Assembly (NCBI GenBank): GCA_965203055.1
Contig: OZ241863.1
Span: forward strand, 4,448,001 to 4,512,000
Direction of reading: 5' to 3'
DNA: 64,000 bases
From: Spirochaetia bacterium
Lineage (GTDB): Bacteria; Spirochaetota; Spirochaetia; SZUA-6; Bin103
Positions within the stretch are counted from its first letter, which is position 1. The number at the start of each line of letters is the position of its first letter. The notes under the pieces were generated by a model. The model did no database searches, was not told the origin of the DNA, and saw only the letters and a program-made list of their open reading frames with translations. Both the position numbers and the translations under genes were made by a program. This document shows positions 49,919 through 61,528 of the stretch, piece after piece.

Positions 49919-51535
49919 GTGACGTCAGTGGCCGGCAGCGCGCGGGCAGCCGCGCTCATCGCCATGGCGGCGGCCACCTGCCTGGGAGCTCCCCGGCTCG
50001 CGGCCCAGAGCGACGCCGCCGCGGCCCCCGCGCTGGTGGTGGCCTATCCGGCGCAGCAGTTCTCCCTCGATCCGCTGCACACCTTCTCGACCACCGAGGC
50101 GCAGCTCTTCACCGCCGTCTACGAAGGACTGGTGGCCTATGATCCCATTACCCTCAACCCGGTGGCCGGGCAGGCGGAACGTTGGGAGATTTCGCGCGAC
50201 CGCACCACCTACACTTTTCATCTGCGGCCCGACGCCCGCTTCTCGAACGGCGACCCGTTGCACGCCGAGGACTTCCGCGCGTCCTGGCTGCGCGTCCTGG
50301 ACCCCGGCGCGGCGGCTGAGTATTCGTTCCTGTTCGACGTCATCGAGGGAGTCGCCGAGTACCGCAGCGGCGAGGTGGACGATCCCCGGCGCGTCGGCAT
50401 CCGCGCCGTGAGCGACCGGGTGCTGGAAGTGGAACTCGCCGAACCGGCCGATCACTTCCTCAAGGTACTCGCCCATCACAGCTTCTCCGCCATCCATCCC
50501 AGCTACCTCGGCGCCGTGAACTGGGACCGCGCCGGCCAACTGATCGGCAACGGTCCATTCCGGGTGACCTCATGGACCGAGCGGGAGCTGGCGCTGGAGC
50601 GCAACGAGCACTACTGGGGCCGCACGCAGGTGGAACTGGAGCGGGTGGTGATCCGCTTCTTCGACGAACCGGAGGCGGTCACGCGCGGGTTCCTGCAGGG
50701 CGACATCCACTGGGCGAATATCTGGGCCGACGACCGCCAGCTCAGCCCCTACGTGGTGGTCAATCCGCTGTTCGCGACTACCTACTTCTACTTCCGCAGC
50801 GACCGCGAGCCGTTCGACGACGAGCGGGTACGGCACGGCCTGGCGCTGCTGCTGCCGTGGGACGAGCTCCGCAGCTCGTCGATTTCTTTCCCCAGCGACG
50901 TGCTGGTGCCGGACATCGCCGACTATCCCGAGGTGGCAGGCATTCGCGAACGCGACGAACGGCGCGGATTGAGACTACTCGATCAGGCCGGCTTCGCGCG
51001 CGGCCGCGGGCTGCCGGCCATCAGCATCAAGGTGGCGGCCGGCAGCGCCGCGGTAGCGCCCGCCGAGCTGATGCGGGACACCTGGGAGGGCCTGCTGGGG
51101 GTAGAGGTGACCGTCCAGGAGTTTCGCTACCGCGACCTGCTGGAGGAGATTCGCGGCGGCGACTTCACCTTGGCCCACCAGACCTGGGTGGGGGACTTCG
51201 CCGATCCCCTTACCTTCCTGCAAATGTGGATGCGCTCCAGCAATCTCAACGACGCGCGCTACCTCAACCGCCAGTACGACCGCGCGGTGCAACGGGCGCT
51301 GCGCGCCGCCGGTGCGGAGCGCCTGCAGGCCTTGGCGCAGGCCGAGGAAATGCTGCTGGACGAGGCCGTGATCCTTCCCCTCAGCCACATGGTCGCCTTC
51401 AATCTGGTCAACCGAGGCCGCGTGGACGGCTGGTTTCCCAACGCGCTCGACATCCACCCGTTCCGCTTCATCCGCTTTCGAGCGGTCCAGGGACCGCGCG
51501 GAGTGGCCGCCGCGCCCGCCGCCTCCGGGGGCTGA
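49919..51535 (+). CDS. Peptide ABC transporter substrate-binding protein (OppA-like)
   Basis: SLDP...YEGLV, YTFHLRPDARFSNGDP, GNGPF, WVGDFADPLTFL. Confidence 0.92.
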   Translation: MTSVAGSARAAALIAMAAATCLGAPRLAAQSDAAAAPALVVAYPAQQFSLDPLHTFSTTEAQLFTAVYEGLVAYDPITLNPVAGQAERWEISRDRTTYTFHLRPDARFSNGDPLHAEDFRASWLRVLDPGAAAEYSFLFDVIEGVAEYRSGEVDDPRRVGIRAVSDRVLEVELAEPADHFLKVLAHHSFSAIHPSYLGAVNWDRAGQLIGNGPFRVTSWTERELALERNEHYWGRTQVELERVVIRFFDEPEAVTRGFLQGDIHWANIWADDRQLSPYVVVNPLFATTYFYFRSDREPFDDERVRHGLALLLPWDELRSSSISFPSDVLVPDIADYPEVAGIRERDERRGLRLLDQAGFARGRGLPAISIKVAAGSAAVAPAELMRDTWEGLLGVEVTVQEFRYRDLLEEIRGGDFTLAHQTWVGDFADPLTFLQMWMRSSNLNDARYLNRQYDRAVQRALRAAGAERLQALAQAEEMLLDEAVILPLSHMVAFNLVNRGRVDGWFPNALDIHPFRFIRFRAVQGPRGVAAAPAASGG

Positions 51536-51547
51536 GCGGGTACCGGA

Positions 51548-52294
51548 TCACTCGCCAGGTTCGTTGCGGCGCGGTTCGCCGCCGCCGCCGCTCGCTGCGA
51601 ACCGCTCCAGCAGGAGGGTCAGGCGCTTGCGGAACAGCACGCCGACGCCGAACAGCGCCACCGCTACGGCCAGCACCACTCCGGCGAACAGCCAGCGCTC
51701 CCCGGCTGCGGCGTCGCCCATCACCACGCTGCCCACGATGCCCGGCAGCCGGCCGCAGGTAGAGATGGCGATGAACACGACGAACCGCATGCGCGACAGG
51801 CCGGCGACGTAGCAGAGAATGTCCTTGGGGATGCCCGGTATCAGAAAGAACAGGAAGAACGTTGCGGTGGCGCGCGGCGACGCCGCCACCCGGCGCATCC
51901 GGTCGAGCTTCTCGCGCGCCAGGATGGCGCCCAGGAATTCGGTGCCCAGCAGGCGTGAGGCCAGAAACGCCACGCCCGAGCCAATGGCGATTCCCACCGA
52001 GGTGAGGAGCAGGCCGCCGGCTATCCCGAACAGGTAGCCGCTGGCGATCTGCGGCACCTCACCGGGAATGATGAAGATGACCACCTGCATTACCTGGACC
52101 CCGATGAATACCAGCGGCGCCACGACCCCGAATCCGCGCACCCAGGCGCGCAGCTCGTCGGGTGCGGTGGCCACCGCCCAGAGCTGCTCGCGAAACAACA
52201 GGATGAGCGCCGCCATGGCGGCGAACAGGAGCGGATAGGCCAGCAGCGCCAGCACCCGGCGGGCGCGCGGGGCGGAGGAACGAGCATCAGCCAT
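51548..52294 (-). CDS. TVP38/TMEM64 (VTT domain) membrane protein
   Basis: QVVIFIIPGEV, GYLFG, FLIPGIPKDILCYVAGL. Confidence 0.88.
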   Translation of the reverse strand: MADARSSAPRARRVLALLAYPLLFAAMAALILLFREQLWAVATAPDELRAWVRGFGVVAPLVFIGVQVMQVVIFIIPGEVPQIASGYLFGIAGGLLLTSVGIAIGSGVAFLASRLLGTEFLGAILAREKLDRMRRVAASPRATATFFLFFLIPGIPKDILCYVAGLSRMRFVVFIAISTCGRLPGIVGSVVMGDAAAGERWLFAGVVLAVAVALFGVGVLFRKRLTLLLERFAASGGGGEPRRNEPGE

Positions 52295-52418
52295 GCGTGG
52301 GCCCCAATATAGCGCGTTCCACGTCGGGATGCCGCGTTGTGCCGCGTTGTTGGCACACGTGATTGTCTGTCGTTATATTCCCGATAATGTTGACGTTGCG
52401 TGCACTTGGGAGCCTCGA

Positions 52419-53366
52419 GTGAGGGCAGCCGCGGTTCCTCCGGCAGCCGAGCCGCCGGTGTCTCCGGCGTTGCCGGCAGCATCCGCGGGAGCGGCGTCGG
52501 GCACGGCGGAGGCTTTGCCCGCGACCGAGACCGAGATCCCGGACACCGAGACCCCGGCCGCCGCGGCGGCGGCCGGCAACGGGCCGCGCGATCCAGCTTC
52601 CGGCGCGGCCGCGGCCGCGCCGGAAGCCGCCCCGGCGGCCGCCGCGGAGCCGGCTGCCAAGTCGAAGCCGGCCACGAAGAAGACGGCCCGCTCCAGGGCC
52701 GGCCGGAAGGCCGCCGAGCAGAGTGGGGCCGGCGGCGCCCGGACCGCCGCCAAGACTGCGGCCAGGCCGGCCGCCCGGTCGCGCGCCAGGAACGCGGCCG
52801 CGCCCGACTCCAAGGCCAACGGCAAGGCGCCGGCCGCCAAGGGCAGGAGCAGCCAGAGGAGCAGGAAACGGCGGCTGCAGTACCGGGTGGGCCAGCAACT
52901 CGTCTACCCGCTGCAGGGAGTCGGCCAGGTGCGCAACATCGAGGAGCGGCCGTTCCGCGACCGGACGCTGCTCTACTACGTGGTCTACCTCGAAGTGTCA
53001 GACATGACCATCATGGTACCGGTGGACCGGGCTGACGAGTTGGGGATCCGGGCGATCGTGCCGCGCGCCGAGGCGCGCAGCGCGCTGGCTCTCATCGGTG
53101 AGGACTACGAGCCGATTCCCACCGACTGGAAGCTGCGCTATCAGATGAACCTGGACTTGCTCAAGGCCGGGGCGGTAAGCGACATCGCCACCGTCGTACG
53201 CGCGCTCTACCACCGCAGTCGGATCAAGGAGCTGCCGATTCTGGAGCGCAAGCTTTATGACAACGCGCGCTCCCTGCTGGTGGACGAGTTGTCGTTCTCG
53301 TTGGGCAAGGACAAGGCCAAGGTCGAAGAGCTGATCAACTCGCGCCTGGAAGTGGGCGTCAAGTAG
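52419..53366 (+). CDS. carD: CarD-family transcriptional regulator with a long Ala/Lys/Arg-rich N-terminal extension (start inferred from GTG after GGGAG)
   Basis: YRVGQQLVYPLQGVGQV...MTIMVPV...LGIR...DWKLRY...LERKLYDNA. Confidence 0.85.
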   Translation: MRAAAVPPAAEPPVSPALPAASAGAASGTAEALPATETEIPDTETPAAAAAAGNGPRDPASGAAAAAPEAAPAAAAEPAAKSKPATKKTARSRAGRKAAEQSGAGGARTAAKTAARPAARSRARNAAAPDSKANGKAPAAKGRSSQRSRKRRLQYRVGQQLVYPLQGVGQVRNIEERPFRDRTLLYYVVYLEVSDMTIMVPVDRADELGIRAIVPRAEARSALALIGEDYEPIPTDWKLRYQMNLDLLKAGAVSDIATVVRALYHRSRIKELPILERKLYDNARSLLVDELSFSLGKDKAKVEELINSRLEVGVK

Positions 53367-53369
53367 GCG

Positions 53370-54029
53370 GTGGCGCGCCGGCGCATCCCCTGGAAGCGCA
53401 CCCTCGACAGCTTCGCGCGGCGGGTCGGGCGGGACCCGCCGGCGGTTACCCGGTTGGCGGCTGAACGGCGCGATCCGTTCCGGGTGCTGGTCTCGACCAT
53501 CATCTCGCTACGCACCAAGGACGAGGTAACGGGACCGGCCGCGCGCCGCCTGCTGGCCCGCGCTCCCGCGGCGGCCGAGTTGGCCGCGCTCCCCGCGGCG
53601 GAGATTGCCGAGCTGATCTACCCGGCCGGGTTCTACCGCACCAAGGGAAGGCACCTGCGGGAGATGGCCGCCGCCCTGCTGCGCGACCACGCCGCCGCGG
53701 TTCCGGCGGCGCTGCCGGCCCTGCTGCGCCTGCCGGGAGTGGGACGCAAGACCGCCAACCTGGTGCTGGGACTGGGTTTCGGCATTCCGGCTATCTGCGT
53801 GGATACCCACGTGCACCGCATCTGCAACCGTCTGGGCTGGGTGAACACGCGCGCGCCGGACGCCACCGAGCTGGCGCTGGCGCGCGTGCTGCCGCGGCAG
53901 TACTGGATTCCGATCAACGCCATCATGGTCAGCTACGGCCAGCAGGTATGCACCCCGCTCGCACCTCACTGTTCCCGCTGTCCGGTCGGGGGCACCTGCC
54001 CGCGCCGCGGCGTCACCCGCCACCGCTGA
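53370..54029 (+). CDS. nth: Endonuclease III
   Basis: PFRVLVSTIISLRTKD, HhH LPGVGRKTANLVL, VDTHV, C-x6-C-x2-C-x5-C. Confidence 0.93.
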   Translation: MARRRIPWKRTLDSFARRVGRDPPAVTRLAAERRDPFRVLVSTIISLRTKDEVTGPAARRLLARAPAAAELAALPAAEIAELIYPAGFYRTKGRHLREMAAALLRDHAAAVPAALPALLRLPGVGRKTANLVLGLGFGIPAICVDTHVHRICNRLGWVNTRAPDATELALARVLPRQYWIPINAIMVSYGQQVCTPLAPHCSRCPVGGTCPRRGVTRHR

Positions 54030-54039
54030 GGACGTCCGG

Positions 54040-54612
54040 TCAGTCCTTCTCCAATTCGTTGATCCGGTCTCGCAGCTTGGCGGCCTGCTCGTAGTCTTCG
54101 TCCCGGACCGCGGCGTCGAGCTCGTGGCGCAGCTTGGTGAGCAGCGAGGTCCCCCCGGTGGAGGACTCCTCCTTCGCCTGCGCCGCGCGGCCGCCGTCAT
54201 CGACTCCCGCCACCGAGCTCACCGGCATACCGGCGTGATCGATCACGTCCTCGTCGATGAAGATCGGACACTTTACTCGCACCGCCAACGCCATGCAGTC
54301 GGAGGGCCGGGCGTCGACCACCAGCTCCTCTTCGTCCTGGAGCAGGATCAGGCGGGCATAGAAGATCTGGTCGTTGATGGCGGTAATCTCGACGCGGCTC
54401 ACCTCGGCCTCGAGGCGCTGCAGGACCGACAGGAACAGATCATGGGTGAGCGGCCGCGCCGCGTTGACCTCGCCCAGACCCATGACGATGGAGTGGGCGA
54501 TGCTGGGATCGACGAAGATCGGTACCACCGAGTCGCTGCCGGTGGGACGGATCAACACGGCGTTGCCATCCTGGGCCTTGACCACGGTCCAGATGTCAGC
54601 CGGTACCAACAC
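54040..54612 (-). CDS. Bifunctional nuclease family (DUF151) with a UVR domain
   Basis: RPLTHDL, DARPSD, EDYEQAAKLRDRI. Confidence 0.9.
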   Translation of the reverse strand: MLVPADIWTVVKAQDGNAVLIRPTGSDSVVPIFVDPSIAHSIVMGLGEVNAARPLTHDLFLSVLQRLEAEVSRVEITAINDQIFYARLILLQDEEELVVDARPSDCMALAVRVKCPIFIDEDVIDHAGMPVSSVAGVDDGGRAAQAKEESSTGGTSLLTKLRHELDAAVRDEDYEQAAKLRDRINELEKD

Positions 54613-54639
54613 TCGTCTCTCGCACGCTGCTGCGCGGCA

Positions 54640-55890
<1,251 letters not shown>

Positions 55891-55923
55891 CGTCAGCCCC
55901 GCCGGTTGTCGCCCTGGCCGTCT

Positions 55924-56547
55924 TCATGCCTCTTTCCCATCATCGTCACTATCGCCGCGCGTCATCACACGGTCAATGAGGCCGTACGCCTGAGCCTCAT
56001 CGGAAGACATATAGTAGTCGCGTTCCAGGTCGGACGCAATCACCTCATCCTCCTTGCCGGCGTGGAGCGCGAAGTAGTGGATGATCATCTTCTTGAGGCG
56101 AATCAGCTCCCGGGCCTGGATGCCGATGTCCGCGGCCTGCCCCTGGACCCCGCCCCACGGCTGGTGAATCAGAACCCGCGCCGAGGGCAGGGCATAACGC
56201 TTGCCGTTGGTGCCGGCGGCCAACAGCAGCGCTCCCATCGACGCCGCCTGGCCGAGGCATACCGTCTGGATTTCGGGCCGCACGTACTGCATGGTGTCGT
56301 AGATGGCCAGTCCGGCGGTAACCGAGCCGCCGGGTGAGTTGATGTAGAGTTGGATGTCGCGGTCAGGATCCTGCGACTGCAGGAACAGGAGTTGGGCTAC
56401 CACCAGGTCGGCGGTCACGTCGAAGATCTCGCCGTCGATGAAGATGATGCGGTCCTTGAGCAGGCGCGAGTAGATGTCGTAGGAGCGTTCGCCGCGGCCG
56501 GTCTGTTCGATGACGATCGGGACCAGGGTGTTGAGCTGTTCATCCAT
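55924..56547 (-). CDS. clpP: Clp protease proteolytic subunit
   Basis: [30 protein letters not shown]. Confidence 0.98.
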   Translation of the reverse strand: MDEQLNTLVPIVIEQTGRGERSYDIYSRLLKDRIIFIDGEIFDVTADLVVAQLLFLQSQDPDRDIQLYINSPGGSVTAGLAIYDTMQYVRPEIQTVCLGQAASMGALLLAAGTNGKRYALPSARVLIHQPWGGVQGQAADIGIQARELIRLKKMIIHYFALHAGKEDEVIASDLERDYYMSSDEAQAYGLIDRVMTRGDSDDDGKEA

Positions 56548-56586
56548 GGTGGGTTGGCGCTGCCGGCATTCGGCAGCACCGGTAAT

Positions 56587-57957
56587 TTACTGGTTCCCCG
56601 AGACCAAGTCCACATACGAGGTCTCGGGCCCCGGGGTTACCGCGCTGCCGGCGATGAGGCGGTCCAACAGCTTGTCGTTGCGTAGTTCGGCGTGCACGTG
56701 ATGGATCAGGTGGTCGCGCTCATACTGCATGCGCAGTTCCTCCACGCTGATCCCGCGGGCCTCCGCCCGCGGGGTCAGAAAGACGTCCAGGTCCTCCTTG
56801 TTGACCTCGATTCCTTCCATCTCCGCCAACTCGTCCCGCAGCAGGCCGACGCGCGCGCGGCGCTCGACCAGCGGCCGGCACTGTTCCAACACGCCCTCCT
56901 TGGTCACCCCGCGGGCGGCCAGCGCTGCCTCGTACCGCTTGGCGTCGCCGCCGAAGCGGGCAACGATCTCGCGCCACTCGATATCCAGCTCGGCGGCGAT
57001 CAGCGATTTCGGCAGGGACACCTGCGACGCCGCCAGCACCTGGTCCATGAACTGGAGGATGAGTCGGTCACGCACCAGCCGATCGGCATTGCTCTGCAGT
57101 TGGCGGCGCAGGTCGGCCTTCAGGTCGTCCAGCGTCTGGAAGCGGTCGCTGATGTCCTGGGCGAGTTCGTCGTCGAGGTCGGGGAGCTTCTTCTCCTTGA
57201 TCGAGGTCACCGTTACCCTGAGCGTCACCGTACGACCGGCCAGGTCGGAATGCCGGTAGTCGGCGGGAAACGACTTGGTAATTACCTTCTCGGCGCCGCG
57301 CGCCATTCCCTCCAGCTCGGCATCCATCTCGTAGATGTTGTACCCGCTGCCGACCTCGAACACGAAGTCACGGCGTTCGCTGTCCGCCACCGGCTGGCCG
57401 GCGGCATCCAGCTCGACGTAGTTGACCGTCACCACGTCGCCGTTCGCCACCGCCACCTGGCCGGCGGGGTCCGCCGGCTTGTCCAGCACCTCGGCGTTCT
57501 GCTCCTGCAGCCGGTTGAGCTCCGGCTCCAGGTCGGCGTCGGTGATCGTGACCTGGGGGCGCGACAGCGGCAGATTCTGGTACGCGCCAAGCACCACCAG
57601 GGGCGTGGTGTCGTAGGTGACGGTGAAGGTAAAATCTTCGCCGAGCGCCAATTCGGAGTCTGCGCCCACCGTCGGCGGAGCGAACGGCAGCGGCTTGTGC
57701 TCGATCTCCGCGACCACCTGGAGCACGGTCTTGTTGATCACCTCGTCGGCGGTCTGGGCGAGCAGCGCCGAACCGAACTTGCGGATCAGCACCTCACGCG
57801 GCGCTCTACCGCGCCGGAAGCCTTTGATCTGGGCGGTGCGGCGCAGTTTGGAGACGATGCGGTCGTAGATCTCCCGGATGCTGCTGTCGGCCACCGTGAC
57901 GGTGAGGCTGACTTCGCGGTCGTCGGAGACGGATAGATCCCGGGTAGTGACGTTCAC
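56587..57957 (-). CDS. tig: Trigger factor
   Basis: IKGFRRGRAP, FKBP-like FPADY, LPDLDDELA; upstream of clpP. Confidence 0.95.
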   Translation of the reverse strand: MNVTTRDLSVSDDREVSLTVTVADSSIREIYDRIVSKLRRTAQIKGFRRGRAPREVLIRKFGSALLAQTADEVINKTVLQVVAEIEHKPLPFAPPTVGADSELALGEDFTFTVTYDTTPLVVLGAYQNLPLSRPQVTITDADLEPELNRLQEQNAEVLDKPADPAGQVAVANGDVVTVNYVELDAAGQPVADSERRDFVFEVGSGYNIYEMDAELEGMARGAEKVITKSFPADYRHSDLAGRTVTLRVTVTSIKEKKLPDLDDELAQDISDRFQTLDDLKADLRRQLQSNADRLVRDRLILQFMDQVLAASQVSLPKSLIAAELDIEWREIVARFGGDAKRYEAALAARGVTKEGVLEQCRPLVERRARVGLLRDELAEMEGIEVNKEDLDVFLTPRAEARGISVEELRMQYERDHLIHHVHAELRNDKLLDRLIAGSAVTPGPETSYVDLVSGNQ

Positions 57958-57979
57958 TGCTGCTGCCTGGGCTTCGACG

Positions 57980-58051
57980 AGCGGGAAACGGGATTCGAAC
58001 CCGCGACTTCCACCTTGGCAAGGTGGAGCTCTACCACTGAGCTATTCCCGC
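57980..58051 (-). tRNA. tRNA-Gly(GCC)
   Basis: GCGGGAATAGCTCAGTGGTAGAGC...CTTGCCAAG...GGTTCGAATCCCGTTTCCCGCT. Confidence 0.96.
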
Positions 58052-58056
58052 TGGAT

Positions 58057-58138
58057 TGCGAGAGAAGGGACTCGAACCCTTACGCCTCGCGGCACCAGAT
58101 CCTAAATCTGGCGTGTCTGCCGATTTCACCACTCTCGC
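58057..58138 (-). tRNA. tRNA-Leu(TAG)
   Basis: GCGAGAGTGGTGAAATCGGCAGACACGCCAGATTTAGGATCTGG, long variable arm, GGTTCGAGTCCC. Confidence 0.95.
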
Positions 58139-58206
58139 TCGTACCGGAGTGCGCCGTTCCCCAAATCCGCCGGACGCGAGGCCCGCGGGCGCGGACCCCG
58201 CGGCAC

Positions 58207-58279
58207 TGAGCCGTGAAGGGATCGAACCTTCGACCCGCAGATTAAGAGTCTGCTGCTCTACCAGCTGAGCTAACGGCCC
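58207..58279 (-). tRNA. tRNA-Lys(CTT)
   Basis: GGGCCGTTAGCTCAGCTGGTAGAGCAGCAGACTCTTAATCTGC...GGTTCGATCCC. Confidence 0.95.
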
Positions 58280-58400
58280 TCGACGTCCTGCGGCCACTCG
58301 GTTCCGTGGTGCGCGCCATCGCCACTGCAGGACCTGATACCTCCTCGCCGTCACGCGGCGCCACCCCCCGGGTTTCGTGGACTCGGACAACGTTCTGCTC

Positions 58401-58474
<74 letters not shown>

Positions 58475-58487
58475 CAGAACGTCGGCG

Positions 58488-58560
58488 GGTGGGTGATGGG
58501 GCTTGAACCCACAACTTCCAGATCCACAGTCTGGTGCTCTACCATTGAACTACACCCACC
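58488..58560 (-). tRNA. tRNA-His(GTG)
   Basis: GGTGGGTGTAGTTCAATGGTAGAGCACCAGACTGTGGATCTGG...GGTTCAAGCCCC; G-1 is encoded. Confidence 0.95.
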
Positions 58561-58609
58561 GAGTGATGCGAACCCGTCCGGCCCGCGCGCACGTCGTGTC
58601 GCGAAGCAT

Positions 58610-58639
58610 AGGGTACGCAGAGCCGTCCGGCGCTGTCAA
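58610..58639 (-). promoter_or_regulatory. Probable sigma70 promoter of the tRNA-tig-clpPX cluster
   Basis: Minus strand TTGACA-18 bp-TACCCT, ~50 bp upstream of tRNA-His. Confidence 0.55.
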
Positions 58640-58701
58640 CCCATGGCCGCGGCGGCAGCGGCAGCAGCGGGCGGCGGCCGCCGGCGCGGCGCCCGGTCCG
58701 G

Positions 58702-59112
58702 TCAGCGGCGCTGCAGGTCGAGGGCCGCGGAGTTGACGCAGTAGCGCAGGCCGGTGGGCGCCGGTCCATCCTCGAACAGGTGCCCCAGGTGAGCCTCGCA
58801 ACGGCTGCACAGCACCTCGGTGCGGCGCATGAACAGGCTGTTGTCCGGTGCGGTCCGCACGCGCTCCGCGGCGACCGGGGAGCTGAAGCTCGGCCAGCCG
58901 GTGCCGGAGTCGAACTTGGCGGCGGAGTCGAACAGCTCGTTGCCGCAGGCTACGCAGCGATAGGTGCCGGCCTCCTTGCTCTTCCAGTAGGCGCCCGAGA
59001 ACGGCGCCTCGGTGCCCTTCCTGCGGGTGACGTGGTACTGCTCGGGGGTGAGCTCCCGGCGCCACTCGGCGTCGCTCTTGCGCACCTGCGGCGCGCGCCG
59101 GTCGTTGCTCAT
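58702..59112 (-). CDS. msrB: Peptide-methionine (R)-S-oxide reductase
   Basis: [35 protein letters not shown]. Confidence 0.96.
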   Translation of the reverse strand: MSNDRRAPQVRKSDAEWRRELTPEQYHVTRRKGTEAPFSGAYWKSKEAGTYRCVACGNELFDSAAKFDSGTGWPSFSSPVAAERVRTAPDNSLFMRRTEVLCSRCEAHLGHLFEDGPAPTGLRYCVNSAALDLQRR

Positions 59113-59208
59113 TGCGCTTCCTCCTCGCGCGGTGCCAGCCGCCGCCGGCAACGCCGCGCGCCAATCTGACCATGAACCGATGCCGGTGTCGACCAGCCGG
59201 CGGCGCTC

Positions 59209-59766
59209 CTACAGGCCGAGTTCATCCGCCGCTTCGCGCAGCGCCAGGATCACGGTGCGAATCAGGTCGTCGAGCTCCGTCCCCAGCATCCGGGCGCCCC
59301 GCATGATCACCTCGCGGTCGACCCCGGCGGCGAAGTTGGCGCTCTTCCACTTCTTCCTGACCGACTTCACCTCCAGGTCGCGCACGCTCTTCGACGGCCG
59401 CACCAGCGCGCAGGCAGTTATGAACCCGGTCAGTTCGTCGACCGCGTAGAGCGTCTTCTCCAACTCGGTGCGCGGCTCCACGTCAGTGCAAATCTGCCAA
59501 CCGTGGGACATTACCGCGCGCCCGCAGGAGTCGGGCCAGCCCTTGGCATTGAGGATCTGCGCGGTCTTGCGGCAGTGCTGCGCGGGAAACTTCTCCCAGT
59601 CCAGGTCGTGCACCAGGCCGACGACCGCCCAGCGTTCGGCGTCCTCGCCGCGGCCGCGGGCGACGTACTCCATGGCGGCGGCCACCGCCCGGCAGTGGTT
59701 GCGTAGCGCGGGGCTGTCGATGTACTGGTGCAGGAGCTCCTCGGCGTCCTTTCGCGTCGGTTCCAT
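59209..59766 (-). CDS. HDIG/HD-domain hydrolase
   Basis: MEPTRKDAEELL...NHC...GLVHDLDWE...DELTGFI...RPSKS...FAAGVDRE. Confidence 0.87.
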   Translation of the reverse strand: MEPTRKDAEELLHQYIDSPALRNHCRAVAAAMEYVARGRGEDAERWAVVGLVHDLDWEKFPAQHCRKTAQILNAKGWPDSCGRAVMSHGWQICTDVEPRTELEKTLYAVDELTGFITACALVRPSKSVRDLEVKSVRKKWKSANFAAGVDREVIMRGARMLGTELDDLIRTVILALREAADELGL

Positions 59767-59877
59767 GGCGCCGATTGTACGCGCCGCGGCGGCCGGCTGG
59801 CCAGCCGGCCGCCAGCTCCGCCGGCTGGGCCGCGGGTGACACGAGGCGCGCTGCAACAGTAATGTTTCGCGGATTCC

Positions 59878-61419
59878 ATGGCCAATCTCGTCAGCTCCTA
59901 CCTGGCGGCTACCCCCGCTTCCCAAGTAACCGCCGCGATGGCGGGTTACGTCGCCGCTCTGGATCAACTCTACGACGCCGCCCCCGAAGTCGCCGCCGCC
60001 GTGGTCCGGGAGCTGGCCGACCAGCGCGCCCACCTGAAGCTGATCGCCAGCGAGAACTACGCCTCCCTCGCGGTGCAGGCCGCCATGGGCAACCTGCTCA
60101 CCGACAAGTACGCCGAAGGGGTGCCGGGGCACCGCTTCTACGCCGGCTGCGCCAACGTCGACGCGGTGGAACGGCGCGCCGCGGCGTTGGCGCGCGACCT
60201 GTTCGGCGCCGACCACGCCTACGTGCAGCCGCACAGCGGCGCGGATGCCAACCTGGTGGCCTTCTGGGCCATCCTGGCGGTGCGGGTGGAGCAGCCGCGG
60301 CTGGCCCGGCTGGGGGTGAAGTCGGCCCTGGCGCTGGCCGCGGAGGATTGGGAGCGGCTGCGCGCCGAGCTGGGCAACCAGCGCCTGCTGGGGATGGAAC
60401 TGGGCGCCGGCGGGCACCTGACCCATGGCTACCGTCCCAACGTTTCCGGGCGCATGTTCGAGTGCCACGGCTACGGGGTGGATTCCGCTAGCGGCCGTCT
60501 GGACTACGAGGAGCTGGAGCGCCGTGCCCGGCAGGTGCGTCCCCTGATCCTGCTGGCCGGCTACAGCGCCTATCCGCGGGCGATCGATTTCCGCCGGCTG
60601 CGCCGTATCGCCGACGCCGCGGGGGCGGTGCTGATGGTGGACATGGCCCACTTCGCCGGTCTGGTTGCCGGCGGCGCGCTGCGCGGCGACTACGATCCGG
60701 TGCCGTTCGCCGACGTAGTGACTTCCACCACCCACAAGACGCTGCGCGGCCCGCGGGGGGGCCTGATCCTGTGCCGCGAGGAGTTTGCCGAAGCGGTCGA
60801 TCGGGGCTGCCCGCTGGTACTCGGCGGTCCGCTGCCGCACGTCATGGCGGCCAAGGCGGTGGCCTTTGCCGAAGCCGCCCGGCCCCGGTTTGCCGGCTAT
60901 GCGCGCCAAGTCGTAGCCAATGCCCGGGCGCTGGCCGCGGCGTGCGCCGACCACGGCCTGGAGGTCGTTACCGGCGGCACGGACAATCACCTGCTGCTGC
61001 TGGACGTCACTCGCTGCGCGCTGACCGGACGCCAGGCCGAGTCGGCGCTGCGCGACGCCGGGATCATGGCCAATCGCAACACCCTCCCGGGGGACCGCAA
61101 CGGCCCCTGGTACACTTCGGGGTTGCGCCTCGGCACGCCGGCGTTGACCACGCTCGGCATGCGACAGGAGCAGATGGCCGCAGTCGCCGCGGCCGTTGCG
61201 CGGGTGCTCGCCGCCACTACCCCCGCGGCCATCGTCAAGGGGCGCCGCGCCGGCGCCCCCAGCCGCACGCACTACCACGTCGACCCGGCGGTACGGTCGG
61301 CCGTGCGCGGCGAGGTAGCGCACCTGCTGCGGCGGTTTCCGGCCTATCCCGAGCTGGATCTCGCGACCCTGCAACGCCTCCTGGCAGGCGCCGAACGCAC
61401 GCGGCCGGAACCGGTCTGA
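59878..61419 (+). CDS. glyA: Serine hydroxymethyltransferase
   Basis: [43 protein letters not shown]. Confidence 0.97.
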   Translation: MANLVSSYLAATPASQVTAAMAGYVAALDQLYDAAPEVAAAVVRELADQRAHLKLIASENYASLAVQAAMGNLLTDKYAEGVPGHRFYAGCANVDAVERRAAALARDLFGADHAYVQPHSGADANLVAFWAILAVRVEQPRLARLGVKSALALAAEDWERLRAELGNQRLLGMELGAGGHLTHGYRPNVSGRMFECHGYGVDSASGRLDYEELERRARQVRPLILLAGYSAYPRAIDFRRLRRIADAAGAVLMVDMAHFAGLVAGGALRGDYDPVPFADVVTSTTHKTLRGPRGGLILCREEFAEAVDRGCPLVLGGPLPHVMAAKAVAFAEAARPRFAGYARQVVANARALAAACADHGLEVVTGGTDNHLLLLDVTRCALTGRQAESALRDAGIMANRNTLPGDRNGPWYTSGLRLGTPALTTLGMRQEQMAAVAAAVARVLAATTPAAIVKGRRAGAPSRTHYHVDPAVRSAVRGEVAHLLRRFPAYPELDLATLQRLLAGAERTRPEPV

Positions 61420-61429
61420 AGGGCCGCGT

Positions 61430-61503
61430 CGCGTCCAGCGCGACTCGAACGCGCGACCCGCAGCTTAGAAGGCTGCTGCTCTATCCGACTGAGCTATGGA
61501 CGC
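61430..61503 (-). tRNA. tRNA-Arg(TCT)
   Basis: GCGTCCATAGCTCAGTCGGATAGAGCAGCAGCCTTCTAAGCTGC...GTTCGAGTCGCGCTGGACGC. Confidence 0.94.
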
Positions 61504-61528
61504 AGGAGCGGGGTGACGCCGCGGCCGC

